The position numbers were made by a program, and so were the translations under genes. From Clostridia bacterium (GTDB taxonomy: Bacteria; Bacillota; Clostridia; UMGS1883; UMGS1540): a stretch of 64,000 bases of DNA. The stretch spans positions 91,515 to 155,514 of the forward strand of contig JAZSIR010000003.1 in NCBI GenBank assembly GCA_045533905.1. Reading direction: 5' to 3'. Numbering within the stretch: the stretch's first letter is position 1; each line of letters opens with the position of its first letter. A model generated the notes under the pieces. It saw only the letters and a program-made list of their open reading frames with translations, did not search any database and was not told the DNA's origin. This document shows, in pieces, positions 19,462 through 29,313 of the stretch.

Positions 19462-19501
19462 TGCATCTAAACCGTCTGTCCTATATATGCGGTTGATGCG
19501 A
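19462..19501 (+). repeat. GCATCTAAACC junction palindrome, copy 3
   Basis: GCATCTAAACCG...CGGTTGATGC imperfect inverted repeat, 3 nt after the PHP stop codon. Confidence 0.8.
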
Positions 19502-19578
19502 AACTGCAGCGATATACATTTCTGACGGGCTTTGTGACATACCCGTTAGGATCAGAATGAAAAGGAAGAGGAGGATTT

Positions 19579-20313
19579 ATGGAAGAAAGAACAGAGCGCA
19601 TCCTGTGGATAGACGAGCTTCGCGGCTTTGCCATCTGCGTGATGATTCTCCATCATATTGCTTTCAATAGTATTTATTTTCTGGAGCTTCCGATAGCGTG
19701 GCTTTCCTCCTTTCTGGAAAGTGGCGCCTTCCGCGCGCTGCACCTTCTTTTTCTCGCTGTCTTTTTGGGGCTTTCGGGCGTTTGCTCACACTTTTCGTGC
19801 CACCCCTACAAACGGGCGGGGCGCGTATTTCTTGCAGCCCTCGCCGTGACGGCGGTCACCTGTATCGCCTATCCCGAGGAGGCTATATGGTTCGGCATTT
19901 TGCATCTGCTCGCGTTTTCGATGCTTCTCGCCGCGGCGCTTGGAAAATACGGGAAGAAGGTGTCGCCCGTATGGGGCATTACGCTCTCGCTCCTTCTTTT
20001 TATGCTGACCTATCGCGTGCCGGACGGCTTTCTTCTTTCGTTTCCGCTCCCGGCGGCGCTTTACCAAAGCGAATTTCTGGTGCCGCTCGGATTTGCACCC
20101 GTGTCTTTCGCGAGCCTTGATTATGACCCCATTCTGCCGTACTTTTTTCTTTTTGCGGCAGGCTTTTTCCTCGGCAACCTTCGCCTGCCCAAAGGGGGCG
20201 GCCGTTTCTCATTCTTCGGATTTTGCGGGCGGCACAGCCTTTTGGTGTATCTTTTGCACCAGCCGGTTGTTTTCGGTTTGTTTTTTCTGCTTACAAAAAT
20301 CTTTGTGAGGTGA
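19579..20313 (+). CDS. DUF1624 / heparan-alpha-glucosaminide N-acetyltransferase-like membrane protein
   Basis: RIxxIDELRGFAI...MILHH, FGILH, DYxPILP, GRHSLLVYLLHQP. Confidence 0.85.
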   Translation: MEERTERILWIDELRGFAICVMILHHIAFNSIYFLELPIAWLSSFLESGAFRALHLLFLAVFLGLSGVCSHFSCHPYKRAGRVFLAALAVTAVTCIAYPEEAIWFGILHLLAFSMLLAAALGKYGKKVSPVWGITLSLLLFMLTYRVPDGFLLSFPLPAALYQSEFLVPLGFAPVSFASLDYDPILPYFFLFAAGFFLGNLRLPKGGGRFSFFGFCGRHSLLVYLLHQPVVFGLFFLLTKIFVR

Positions 20314-20317
20314 CGTT

Positions 20318-21097
20318 ATGCTCTGGTACCGTATGAAAACCGTTTTGATTTTTTTGTTTATCGCGATTAATATTTTCCTTCTGGGCCTTCTCGGTGCGGA
20401 ACAAATGTCCGCACGGCGGGCGGAGAAAGAAAAGGCCGTTGCGGCTGTGGAAATGCTTGCAAAAAACGGCATCATTGTGGAGGCAGAGGTGCCCACGGTA
20501 AGGCGGCGGCTCGGCACGCTTACGCTTCAGAATCCGAAAGCCGATGCGGAAAATTTCGCGGCCGGCATTTTGGGCGGCCGCGCCGTGCAGATGGGCGAGG
20601 CTTTCCGCCGCGAGGGACGGGAGCTTACCTTTCTCGAACGCGGCTTTTCGTATGAAAGCGGTGCCACGCGCACGGAAGCTGCGCGCGGGAGCATCCGCGA
20701 GATGGAAAGCTGTCTTTCTGAAATGGGCTTTTCTATGGAATATGCCGTTGGCACCACAGAAAACGGCGCGGTAGTATTCCGGCAGGAGATCGACGGCGTG
20801 CGCCTTCTCGATATGCACCTTTCGGTATATCCTGCGGCCGACGGAACGATTGCGGCGATGGAAGGCGTGTGGCCCGGTGTGGCAGAAATCGCCGGGGAAA
20901 AGGCGTATATCAAAAGCGCGACCGATGCCCTTCTGACATTTCTCCGGGAAGCGACCGGCGCGCAGACGGTAACGGACATCACGCTCGGCTACGCCATCGG
21001 CATTTCGGAAAACGGCTATCGCACGGCCGACGCCGTTCCCGTATGGGTGATTGAAACGGCAGACGGCGGCCGTTTCACCTACGATGCCCGCCAATGA
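20318..21097 (+). CDS. YycI-like membrane-anchored regulatory protein
   Basis: MxWxRxKTxLIFLFIAINIFL N-terminus; ITLGY and AVPVW C-terminal motifs. Confidence 0.7.
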   Translation: MLWYRMKTVLIFLFIAINIFLLGLLGAEQMSARRAEKEKAVAAVEMLAKNGIIVEAEVPTVRRRLGTLTLQNPKADAENFAAGILGGRAVQMGEAFRREGRELTFLERGFSYESGATRTEAARGSIREMESCLSEMGFSMEYAVGTTENGAVVFRQEIDGVRLLDMHLSVYPAADGTIAAMEGVWPGVAEIAGEKAYIKSATDALLTFLREATGAQTVTDITLGYAIGISENGYRTADAVPVWVIETADGGRFTYDARQ

Positions 21098-21238
21098 TTT
21101 GTGCATTATAGACAAAAAAATAAAAAAATAATTGTATATTATAGGCATTTCGCAAAACTTCTTTTTATATTATAATAAATATATCGGGTTTTATCTATGA
21201 ATATACCGAGAAGATTATTATATAAGGAGGAAACGGAA

Positions 21239-23308
21239 ATGAATAAGTATGCAGTTGGAAAAATTAAGAACGTTGTGCTTATGGGCCACGGCGGGGCGGG
21301 TAAAACGTCTTTTGCCGAAGCGATGCTCTTTAATGCAGGCGTGGTGGATAGACTGGGTAAGATAGCCGACGGTGCGACCGTCTCGGACTATGACCCGGAA
21401 GAAATCAAGCGTTCTATTTCGATCAATACTACCATGGTACCGTACGAATGGAAAAACACCAAGGTAAACGTAATTGACACACCCGGATATTTCGACTTTG
21501 TCGGGGAAGTCAAAGAAGGCATTCGTGTAGCAGGCGCCGCCATCATTCTCGTTTCCGGACGAAGCGGTGTGGCCGTTGGCGCAGAAAAAGCATGGGAATA
21601 CGCCAAGGAACAGAATATTCCCGCCGCTTTCTTTATCAATAAAATGGACGATGAAAACGCCAATTTTGCCTCCACCATTGCGGCACTTGAAGAAAAGTTC
21701 GGCGTAGGTGTTGCGCCCTTCCAGGTACCGATTCAGGACAACGGCAAGCTCATCGGCGTTGTAGATACGATTGAGAAAAAGGCATACCGCTTTACGGGCG
21801 TGGAACTTGAAGAGTTCCCGATTCCCGATTTCGTAATGCCGGAAGTGGAAAGAAGCCGCGTAAGTCTTATGGAAGCTATCGCCGAAACGGGCGAGGAGCT
21901 TATGGAAAAATACTTTGCCGGCGAAGAATTCACAGCAGAGGAAATGGCCGCGGCCGTTAAAAAAGGCTTTAAAGCAGGTGACATTGTTCCTGTTTTCTGT
22001 GGTAGTGCCACGGCAAACCTCGGTATTCGCGTGGTTATGAACGCCATTGCAGAATACTTCCCGTCTCCCCTCATTGCCAATGAGGTAAAAGCGACAACGA
22101 AGGACGGCGGCGAAAAGGTGCTTCCGCATGAGCCGAATGGTCCTTTGGCGGCACTCGTATTTAAAACGGTTGCGGACCAGTTTGTAGGTAAAATTTCTAT
22201 TTTCCGCGTATATTCCGGCGTTTTGAAGGCGGATTCCACCGTTTTAAACCCGAACACGGGCACACAGGAAAAAATCGGTAAGCTCTATGTACTCCGCGGC
22301 AAAAAGCAGATAGAAGTGGATTCGATTTCTGCGGGCGATATCGGTGCTGTTACAAAGCTTGCCACCACACTTACGGGGCACACACTTTGCGATCCGGGCG
22401 AACCACTTACGCTCCCCGGCATTTTGTTCCCGCGCCCGAATCTTTCCCTCGCCATCGTGCCGAAGGCAAAGGGTGATGAAGAAAAAATCAGCAGCGGTCT
22501 CCATAAACTCGAAGAGGAAGATCCGTGCTTTAAGGTGGCAATCAACACCGAAACGCGCCAGCAGGTTATCTCGGGCGTCGGCGAACAGCATCTGGACGTT
22601 ATCGTCAGCAAGCTGAAAGCTAAATTCGGTGTAGATGTAGATTTGATTGAACCTCGCGTACCTTATCGCGAAACGCTTCGCAAGAAGGTTAAGGTGCAGG
22701 GTCGCCATAAGAAACAGTCCGGCGGGCACGGCCAGTTCGGCGATGTCTGGATTGAATTCGAACCGGGCGAAACGGATGATCTCATTTTCGAAACCAATAT
22801 TTTCGGCGGTGCCGTTCCGAAGAACTTCTTCCCGGCCGTTGAAAAGGGTCTTCGCGAATGTATCCAGAAGGGCGTACTCGCAGGCTATCCCGTTGTAGGG
22901 CTTAAGGCCACACTGGTAGACGGTTCCTACCACCCCGTTGACTCTTCCGAAATGGCCTTTAAGGTAGCCGCATCTCTTGCATATAAGGAAGGCCTTAAAG
23001 AGGCAGGCCCTGTTCTTCTCGAGCCTATCGGCAAGCTCGAGGTTGTCATTCCCGAAAGCTATATGGGCGATATCGTCGGCGATGCAAATAAGCGCCGCGG
23101 CCGAATTCTCGGCATGCACCACACGGGCAAGGGGATGGGCCTTGTAGAAGCGGAAGTTCCGATGAGCGAAATGCATAAGTACGCTACGGACCTTCGTTCG
23201 ATGACGCAGGGCCGCGGGCAGTTCACACTCGACTTTGAACGCTATGAAGAAGCTCCCGCAAATGTTGCGCAGGCGATTATAGCGCAGGCAGCAAAGGAAG
23301 AAGAATAA
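21239..23308 (+). CDS. fusA: Elongation factor G paralogue (EF-G2-like, outside the str operon)
   Basis: GHGGAGKT, DTPGYFDF, NKMD, KKQSGGHGQFG, DGSYHPVDSSEMAF. Confidence 0.92.
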   Translation: MNKYAVGKIKNVVLMGHGGAGKTSFAEAMLFNAGVVDRLGKIADGATVSDYDPEEIKRSISINTTMVPYEWKNTKVNVIDTPGYFDFVGEVKEGIRVAGAAIILVSGRSGVAVGAEKAWEYAKEQNIPAAFFINKMDDENANFASTIAALEEKFGVGVAPFQVPIQDNGKLIGVVDTIEKKAYRFTGVELEEFPIPDFVMPEVERSRVSLMEAIAETGEELMEKYFAGEEFTAEEMAAAVKKGFKAGDIVPVFCGSATANLGIRVVMNAIAEYFPSPLIANEVKATTKDGGEKVLPHEPNGPLAALVFKTVADQFVGKISIFRVYSGVLKADSTVLNPNTGTQEKIGKLYVLRGKKQIEVDSISAGDIGAVTKLATTLTGHTLCDPGEPLTLPGILFPRPNLSLAIVPKAKGDEEKISSGLHKLEEEDPCFKVAINTETRQQVISGVGEQHLDVIVSKLKAKFGVDVDLIEPRVPYRETLRKKVKVQGRHKKQSGGHGQFGDVWIEFEPGETDDLIFETNIFGGAVPKNFFPAVEKGLRECIQKGVLAGYPVVGLKATLVDGSYHPVDSSEMAFKVAASLAYKEGLKEAGPVLLEPIGKLEVVIPESYMGDIVGDANKRRGRILGMHHTGKGMGLVEAEVPMSEMHKYATDLRSMTQGRGQFTLDFERYEEAPANVAQAIIAQAAKEEE

Positions 23309-23315
23309 TCGCTTC

Positions 23316-23456
23316 GGGACATAAAAAAGCGCAGAACGCAAAGAGGCAAGAAAAATATTTGTCTTGGACTTTGTGCTAATTGGGAAGGGGCTCTCCAATT
23401 TGGAGAGCCCCTCTGTTTTTATTCCTTTTTACCTTATGCATCTTTTTTCCTATCCC
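23316..23456. repeat. MITE/REP-like intergenic element, copy 1
   Basis: GGGACATAAAAAAGCGCAG...TTTTTTCCTATCCC ends; central GGGGCTCTCCA/TGGAGAGCCCC hairpin. Confidence 0.65.
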
Positions 23457-23471
23457 TAAAGAAGAGGGATT

Positions 23472-24143
23472 CTACTTGGCCGTCCGCTTTGTTTCTTCTA
23501 TCAAAGAATATAGTTTCTCGATGGCATCTGAAAGGCCACCCACTGCATCCACAAGGCCTAAAGTGGCGGCCTCCTCTCCCATAATTACGCTGCCCACATC
23601 CCCTAAAAGCTCGCCCGTTTCCAGTATCAACCGGCGGAAGTCGGCGTCTGCGATGCGGGAGTGCGCCGTCACAAACGAAATGACGCGTTCCTGCATACGG
23701 GAAAGGTACGAGAAGGTCTGCGGGGCGGCAATGGCGGTGCCGCTGTAGCGGATGGGGTGGAGTGTCATGGAGGCTGTGGGTGCAATAAAGGCATAGTCGG
23801 CGGCGACGGCCAGCGGCACGCCGATGCTGTGCCCGCCGCCGAGAACGAGAGAAACGGAAGGTTTCCGCATCCCGGCAATCATCTCGGCGATGGCAAGGCC
23901 GGCCTCCACATCGCCGCCCATGGTGTTCAGAATAAGAAGAAGTCCATCTGTATCCGGGCTTTCTTCTATGGCGGCAAGGCGGGGGATGACGTGCTCATAT
24001 TTCGTCGTCTTATTTTGCGGCGGCAAAAGGATATGCCCTTCGATTTGCCCGATTACGGTCATACAATAAAAATTGCCGCGCGGCGCATGTATATAGGCGG
24101 CGCCGTCCTCCTGTATATCCGTTTGCAGAGGGGGTGTCTCCAA
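23472..24143 (-). CDS. tepA: ClpP-family protein TepA-like
   Basis: IGQIEGH, KTTKYEH, NTMGGDVEAG, GGGHSIGVP, TLHP. Confidence 0.85.
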   Translation of the reverse strand: METPPLQTDIQEDGAAYIHAPRGNFYCMTVIGQIEGHILLPPQNKTTKYEHVIPRLAAIEESPDTDGLLLILNTMGGDVEAGLAIAEMIAGMRKPSVSLVLGGGHSIGVPLAVAADYAFIAPTASMTLHPIRYSGTAIAAPQTFSYLSRMQERVISFVTAHSRIADADFRRLILETGELLGDVGSVIMGEEAATLGLVDAVGGLSDAIEKLYSLIEETKRTAK

Positions 24144-24207
24144 AAGAATCCCGCCTTTCCCTTAAAATATGTAGGCGCAAAGGCAAACGCCTGCCTTTGC
24201 GGACTGA

Positions 24208-24423
24208 TTATTCGCTTCGGTGCGCCGGGAGCTTCTCCTTAAAGAGAAGCGTAATGCTCCAAAGCCCCGCAAGACCGACTACGGAAAAGATGATGCGGGA
24301 GATGAGAGTGGCCTGTCCGCCGAAAATCGAGCCAATGATGTCTACGCCGAACAAACCGATGGCACCCCAGTTGAGAGCGCCGAGAATCACAAGTACAAGT
24401 GCGGTGTTATCCAAAAAATCCAA
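24208..24423 (-). CDS. DUF378 membrane protein
   Basis: LVILGALNWGAIGLFGVD...SRIIFSVVGLAG. Confidence 0.9.
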   Translation of the reverse strand: MDFLDNTALVLVILGALNWGAIGLFGVDIIGSIFGGQATLISRIIFSVVGLAGLWSITLLFKEKLPAHRSE

Positions 24424-24623
24424 CTCCTTTTTTGCGGCAAAACGTAAAGATGATTTTTACGCTTACCGTACTTGATTCCGCTTACATTTTATGTAACTTT
24501 GCGGAAAATACACGCGGGAAAATATGGAAAGCGCTAAAATTTGAAAAAAATGAAAAAATATCTTGCTTTTTGATTTTTTCTATGGTATACTAACGTAGTC
24601 ACTTAAAACCGGGAGGTGAAAAT

Positions 24624-24890
24624 ATGCCTAATATCAAGTCTGCAAAGAAGAGAGTTCTCGTAATTGAAAAGAAGACGCTGAGAAATCAGATGATTAAGTC
24701 TGCTCTGAAAACCGCTATCAAGCGTTTTGAAACTGCAGTTGCAAACAAGAATGCAGAAGAAGCTACAGTCGCATTCCGTTTTGCCGTAAAGAAGCTCGAC
24801 CAGGCTGTTGCAAAGGGCGTTCTCCACAAGAACACTGCTTCCAACAAGAAGTCGCAGATGGCTCTGAAGCTTAAAGCACTCGTTGCTTAA
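24624..24890 (+). CDS. rpsT: 30S ribosomal protein S20
   Basis: [10 protein letters not shown]...KGVLHKNTA. Confidence 0.97.
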   Translation: MPNIKSAKKRVLVIEKKTLRNQMIKSALKTAIKRFETAVANKNAEEATVAFRFAVKKLDQAVAKGVLHKNTASNKKSQMALKLKALVA

Positions 24891-24987
24891 TTTAATTTTC
24901 TGAGAGAAACAGCATGTAATCAGCCATAGCCGTAGGCTTATGGTTGATTTGTTGTATTCAAATTTAGAAAGAAATGCAGGATATCAT

Positions 24988-25686
24988 ATGAAAACACTGG
25001 TCATTACAGGCGGAGCCGGTGGCATCGGAAGCGCCATCGCGAGAAAGTTTCGGAAAGAGGGATATGAAGTTGTTATCGGTTATAACCGTTCCAAGGAAAA
25101 GGCCGAGGCACTTGCCCGCGAGATTTCCGCGCGTGCCCTTTTTGTGGATGTTTGCTCCCCCGCGTCCGTTTTCGCATTTTATGAAGCGGCAGGATCTGCC
25201 TCTGTGGTCATCCACGCCGCAGGCATCTCCCAGCAGAAGCTCTTTTGCGATATTACTGAGGAAGAGTGGGACCGGATGATGGATGTGCACGTCAAAGGGG
25301 CATACCGCCTTTATAAGGCCTTTCTGCCCGATATGATCCGCCGCAAGGAAGGGAGCCTCATTTCCGTTTCTTCGATGTGGGGGCAGGTCGGCGCCTCGTG
25401 CGAGGTGCATTATTCCACTGCCAAAGCGGCCCTTATCGGGATGACGCGCGCGCTCGCCAAAGAGCTTGGCCCTTCCAATATCCGCGTAAACTGCATAGCG
25501 CCGGGGGTAATCGAAACGGATATGATGGCCGCGTTTTCGGAAGAAGATAAAAAGGCGCTTATGGAAGAAACGCCGCTTGGCCGTATCGGCACGGGCGAAG
25601 ATGTGGCCGATGCCGCACTTTACGCCGCCGAAGCTTCGTTTTTAACAGGACAAGTGATAGCCCCCAATGGTGGTTTCGTCATATAG
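24988..25686 (+). CDS. Short-chain dehydrogenase/reductase, YmfI/FabG-like
   Basis: TGGAGGIG, SSMWGQVGASCEVHYSTAK (YxxxK), APGVIET. Confidence 0.88.
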   Translation: MKTLVITGGAGGIGSAIARKFRKEGYEVVIGYNRSKEKAEALAREISARALFVDVCSPASVFAFYEAAGSASVVIHAAGISQQKLFCDITEEEWDRMMDVHVKGAYRLYKAFLPDMIRRKEGSLISVSSMWGQVGASCEVHYSTAKAALIGMTRALAKELGPSNIRVNCIAPGVIETDMMAAFSEEDKKALMEETPLGRIGTGEDVADAALYAAEASFLTGQVIAPNGGFVI

Positions 25687-25844
25687 GGGTGTAAAAAAGG
25701 CGCAGGACACAAAAAGGCAAAGGAAATATTTAACATAGTTTGTGCGCTTATAAAAAGCAAGTTCAAACGGGTTGGGACTCTCCAAAATGGGAGAGTCCCT
25801 CTGTTTTTATGCCTTTTTGTGCCCCGCATCCTTTTTTCTACCCC
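25686..25844. repeat. MITE/REP-like intergenic element, copy 2
   Basis: ~40-bp imperfect terminal inverted repeats (GGGGTGTAAAAAAGG...CCTTTTTTCTACCCC); central GGGACTCTCC/GGAGAGTCCC hairpin. Confidence 0.7.
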
Positions 25845-25982
25845 TCGTCTGGAAGGCACAAATGCTTTTCTTCCGTGCGCGCCCTGTGGGGGTGTGGAGT
25901 GTCACATAACACCCCACAAAGAACAGACAAAGCGAACATAAAAAGGCTGAACGAAATCGTTCAGCCTTTACTATATGTATTT

Positions 25983-26912
25983 TTATTCTGCAAACATCGG
26001 GGTGGAAAGATACCGCTCGCCCGAGTCGGGAAGGAGCACCACAATCGTTTTGCCAATGTTTTCGGGTCGCGCGGCCACCGTGCATGCGGCCGAGAGCGCG
26101 GCACCCGAGGAAATCCCTACCAAAACGCCTTCAAGCTTTGCAAGGCTTCGCCCTGCCTCGTAGGCATCTTCTTCTTTTACGGGGATAATTTCGTCATAAA
26201 TTTCTGTATCGAGAACCTCCGGCACAAAGCCTGCGCCGATTCCCATAAGGCCGTGCGCACCGGGCGTGCCGCCCGATAAAACGGGGGAGCCCGCGGGCTC
26301 TACGCCCACAACGCGGATCGTGGGATTTTGTGCCTTCAGGTACGAGCCGATGCCCGAGATGGTGCCGCCCGTGCCGATGCCGCAAACAAAAATGTCAATC
26401 TGTCCGTCCGTATCCTCCCAGATTTCGGGGGCGGTGGTGGAAAGGTGCGCGGCAGGGTTCGCCGCGTTTGTAAACTGGCCGGGAATAAAGCTGCCCGGTA
26501 AAGATGCGGCAATTTCTTTTGCCTTGTCAATGGCGCCTTGCATTCCGCGCGCGCCGTCCGTCAAAACGATTTCCGCGCCGTATGCCGCGAGAAGGCGGCG
26601 GCGTTCTATACTCATCGTGTCCGGCATTGTCAAAATCACGCGGTAGCCGCGCGCGGCGCTCATCGCCGCGAGACCAATGCCCGTGTTACCGCTGGTGGGC
26701 TCCACGATGACGCTTCCGCTTTTGAGATAGCCGCGGTTTTCAGCATCCTCGAGCATCGAAAGCGCCACGCGATCTTTGGCGCTGCCGGCGGGATTGCACG
26801 CTTCGAGCTTTGCAAGAAGCGTGGCCGAAAGGCCAAGCTTTTTTTCGTAATTGCCGAGTCTTAAGAGCGGTGTGTGCCCGACAAGATCCTGAATATTTTC
26901 GTAAATTTTCAT
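25983..26912 (-). CDS. cysK: Cysteine synthase A
   Basis: NPAGSAKDR, EPTSGNTG, GTGGT, PDSGERYLS. Confidence 0.96.
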   Translation of the reverse strand: MKIYENIQDLVGHTPLLRLGNYEKKLGLSATLLAKLEACNPAGSAKDRVALSMLEDAENRGYLKSGSVIVEPTSGNTGIGLAAMSAARGYRVILTMPDTMSIERRRLLAAYGAEIVLTDGARGMQGAIDKAKEIAASLPGSFIPGQFTNAANPAAHLSTTAPEIWEDTDGQIDIFVCGIGTGGTISGIGSYLKAQNPTIRVVGVEPAGSPVLSGGTPGAHGLMGIGAGFVPEVLDTEIYDEIIPVKEEDAYEAGRSLAKLEGVLVGISSGAALSAACTVAARPENIGKTIVVLLPDSGERYLSTPMFAE

Positions 26913-26921
26913 TTGCGCCTC

Positions 26922-29093
26922 CTATTTGAATGCATTATAGATGTTCATCGCAATCTGCGCAACCTGCGCGCGTGTTGCCGTTTCTTCCATACTGAGCGTG
27001 TCATTGCCCATACCGCGCATAATGCTGTTTTCAATACAGAAGGCCGCGGCCGCCTGCATTGCATCAGAAAGGTCCTCAAAATCGGTGAAGGGCTTGCCCG
27101 CGGAGAGCGCGGCATCTGTATCCTTGCCCATATGGTCCGCAAGGAGATAGGCGGCCATTGCCATTTCGCCGCGTGTTACAGGCGCGGAGGGGCTGAACAT
27201 CGAGCCCTCCTCAAAAGGCAGGATGCCGTTTGTATACGCCCAGGCAACCGCTTCGGCATACCAGACCGCAGCATCAATATCCAGATACGGAAGCGCCGAA
27301 ATATCTGCGTGGAGCTTGCCGCCGAATTCCTTATAAAGGCGCGAAAGAACGGTGATGTACATCCCGCGCGTCATCAGCTCTTCCGGCGAGAAAACGCCTT
27401 CGGCCGTTCCGTTGAAGAGGCCCATATCTGCTACTTCCTCCGCCACCTCGCGTGCCCAGTGGTCGTGCATATCGTGGAAAGTGCCGGAAACGGAAACACA
27501 CACGGCGGCCATACCGCCGCCCGAGGTGAACGCGCGGAGAAGCGCCTTGCCGTTTTGCTTTGCGGTAATCACACCGCGGTCATTGACGGAAACAATGTCA
27601 CTATTCAGATTTTCCCAGTAGATTCTGCCTGCGCCGCGGTCGGCAACAGTTTCGAGGGAAAACTTCTCGCCCGCGCTAAGGCGCACGGAAGGGAGAATGT
27701 CTATGTACGCCGTGCTTACATAGCCGCGCACGTGCCCAAATTCAATTTCGTACCAGTATGGGTTTTCCAGCATATGCATCCGGTCGGTGGAATCTGTGCG
27801 CCGTCCGCCCAAAACCGTGACCGTATCCCCATAAGCAAGCTTGCCGCAGATATCGTGTAAAACGGAAGGACCGGAGCGCACATTCACGACTGTATAATTG
27901 CAGGTGCCCGTCGTCTCTTCCACGGCATCAAAGGCCACATCGGTATCAGCCGCGGGCATATCTTCGAAGGTGGGGATATAGAAAACCTTGGAATCGGCAA
28001 GCGTTCCTGCCGATTTGTACCCCTGATAGGTGCTGTGTGCCTGCCCGGCTGCACCGTATACATTCGTCATATACTGGTGGGTGTAGAGTGCGTAGCCACT
28101 GTCGGGCACTACGTTGAAACGCTCAAAATACATCGTGTTCTGCCCTTTGGAAATGTACAGTTCGCCAATCCAGATGGCGCCGTTTATAATGGAAGCTTCC
28201 GGCGTGGTCCACGGGCGGCCGTAGGAGGTGCCGAGGCTGGCCCAGTTGAGGCCATTTGCAATCGGATTCTTGCCGTCATTGGCGCCGATGTTATAGAAAT
28301 TGTAAAGCCCTTCGTAGCCGGGATACTTGCCCGTTACACTGCCTGAAGGTGAAATGCCGATTTCTGTACGGATTTTCGAGGCGAGATAATAGGGCGAAAC
28401 GCCGCTTTTTTCAGCGGCCTCCATAATGATCTCGGCGTAGGTTTTGCCTTTTTTGGGAGGCGTTTTCTCTTCGGCTTCTTCTGCGACAGTTTCCTCCTCG
28501 GCGGGCGCGCTTTCCTCGCTTTCCGAAAGGTCGCCTTCTTCCCCCTCTGCAGGCACGATAGCGGTCTCTTCGGAAGGCGTCTCTTCAGAAGGCGCTTCCT
28601 CTTCACCGGGGTGGGGAATCGGCGTCTCGTGCATAAAGGTGCCGTCTAAGATCAGTTCCACGCCTTCAAGCGTATGGTAGTCTTTATCGTAAGAAAGTGC
28701 TTCAAACTGGAAAATATAAATTTCATTCAGAAAGTTTGCGGGGTTCATAAAATAGTCCACAGTGGCGGCAGAGGCCGATACCCAGGTGGAAGCATCGTGG
28801 TATGTATATGTACCCTTCTGGGGATTATAGTGTCCCTCACCCGTGTTTCGAAGAAGCGGGCTGTAGTATTTCTCCACAAGGCTCTTTTTTCCGGTTTCGG
28901 CGCGTATCACATCATCCCAGGAAAGCCCCGTAGGCACAGCCACGAACACCCATTCGGGATACTTTTTGTGAAGCTTTGCAAGCGCCGTCTGCCAGGTTTT
29001 CGGGAAGGCGCGAAGTTCACTTTCATAGTCCGCCGAAACCGGCAGGGAAAGAAATAAAAAACATAAAAATACAGAAAGAATTCGTTTTATCAT
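26922..29093 (-). CDS. Secreted cell-wall hydrolase (glucosaminidase-like domain, SH3b, Ig-like, three SLH domains)
   Basis: Signal peptide at MIKRILS; YNFYNIGA, KGQNTMY, HQYMTN; VNVRSGP SH3b; TRG/TRA SLH repeats; acidic insert. Confidence 0.8.
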   Translation of the reverse strand: MIKRILSVFLCFLFLSLPVSADYESELRAFPKTWQTALAKLHKKYPEWVFVAVPTGLSWDDVIRAETGKKSLVEKYYSPLLRNTGEGHYNPQKGTYTYHDASTWVSASAATVDYFMNPANFLNEIYIFQFEALSYDKDYHTLEGVELILDGTFMHETPIPHPGEEEAPSEETPSEETAIVPAEGEEGDLSESEESAPAEEETVAEEAEEKTPPKKGKTYAEIIMEAAEKSGVSPYYLASKIRTEIGISPSGSVTGKYPGYEGLYNFYNIGANDGKNPIANGLNWASLGTSYGRPWTTPEASIINGAIWIGELYISKGQNTMYFERFNVVPDSGYALYTHQYMTNVYGAAGQAHSTYQGYKSAGTLADSKVFYIPTFEDMPAADTDVAFDAVEETTGTCNYTVVNVRSGPSVLHDICGKLAYGDTVTVLGGRRTDSTDRMHMLENPYWYEIEFGHVRGYVSTAYIDILPSVRLSAGEKFSLETVADRGAGRIYWENLNSDIVSVNDRGVITAKQNGKALLRAFTSGGGMAAVCVSVSGTFHDMHDHWAREVAEEVADMGLFNGTAEGVFSPEELMTRGMYITVLSRLYKEFGGKLHADISALPYLDIDAAVWYAEAVAWAYTNGILPFEEGSMFSPSAPVTRGEMAMAAYLLADHMGKDTDAALSAGKPFTDFEDLSDAMQAAAAFCIENSIMRGMGNDTLSMEETATRAQVAQIAMNIYNAFK

Positions 29094-29313
29094 TGGTAAG
29101 CATTCCTTTTGAAAAAATAGTGAGAAAAAGGTGAGTTTTTCACAATATATATCATAGAAGAACAAGGCGGCAAAGTCAATATAGTGAAGCGGTTTCTCAC
29201 AAAAAAAACATCCAGTTTTAACAAGTCTGTAACAAAAAGAAAAAGCGTGGCCGGACTTGACAACCGGCGCAGGATGTGATAGGATACAGGAGAAAAATAA
29301 GGAGGCGTTTTCT

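Larger units (their letters stand above)
16132..19501. mobile_element. AT-rich island of three cassette-like genes bounded by TTGATGCGA direct repeats
   Basis: Visible drop in GC; TTGATGCGA at 16132-16140 and 19493-19501; internal GCATCTAAACC repeats; no integrase inside. Confidence 0.55.

Noticed and set aside
17918-19473. GCATCTAAACC repeats as a CRISPR array
   Set aside because: Copies are 746 and 798 bp apart and separated by whole genes; no cas genes in the window
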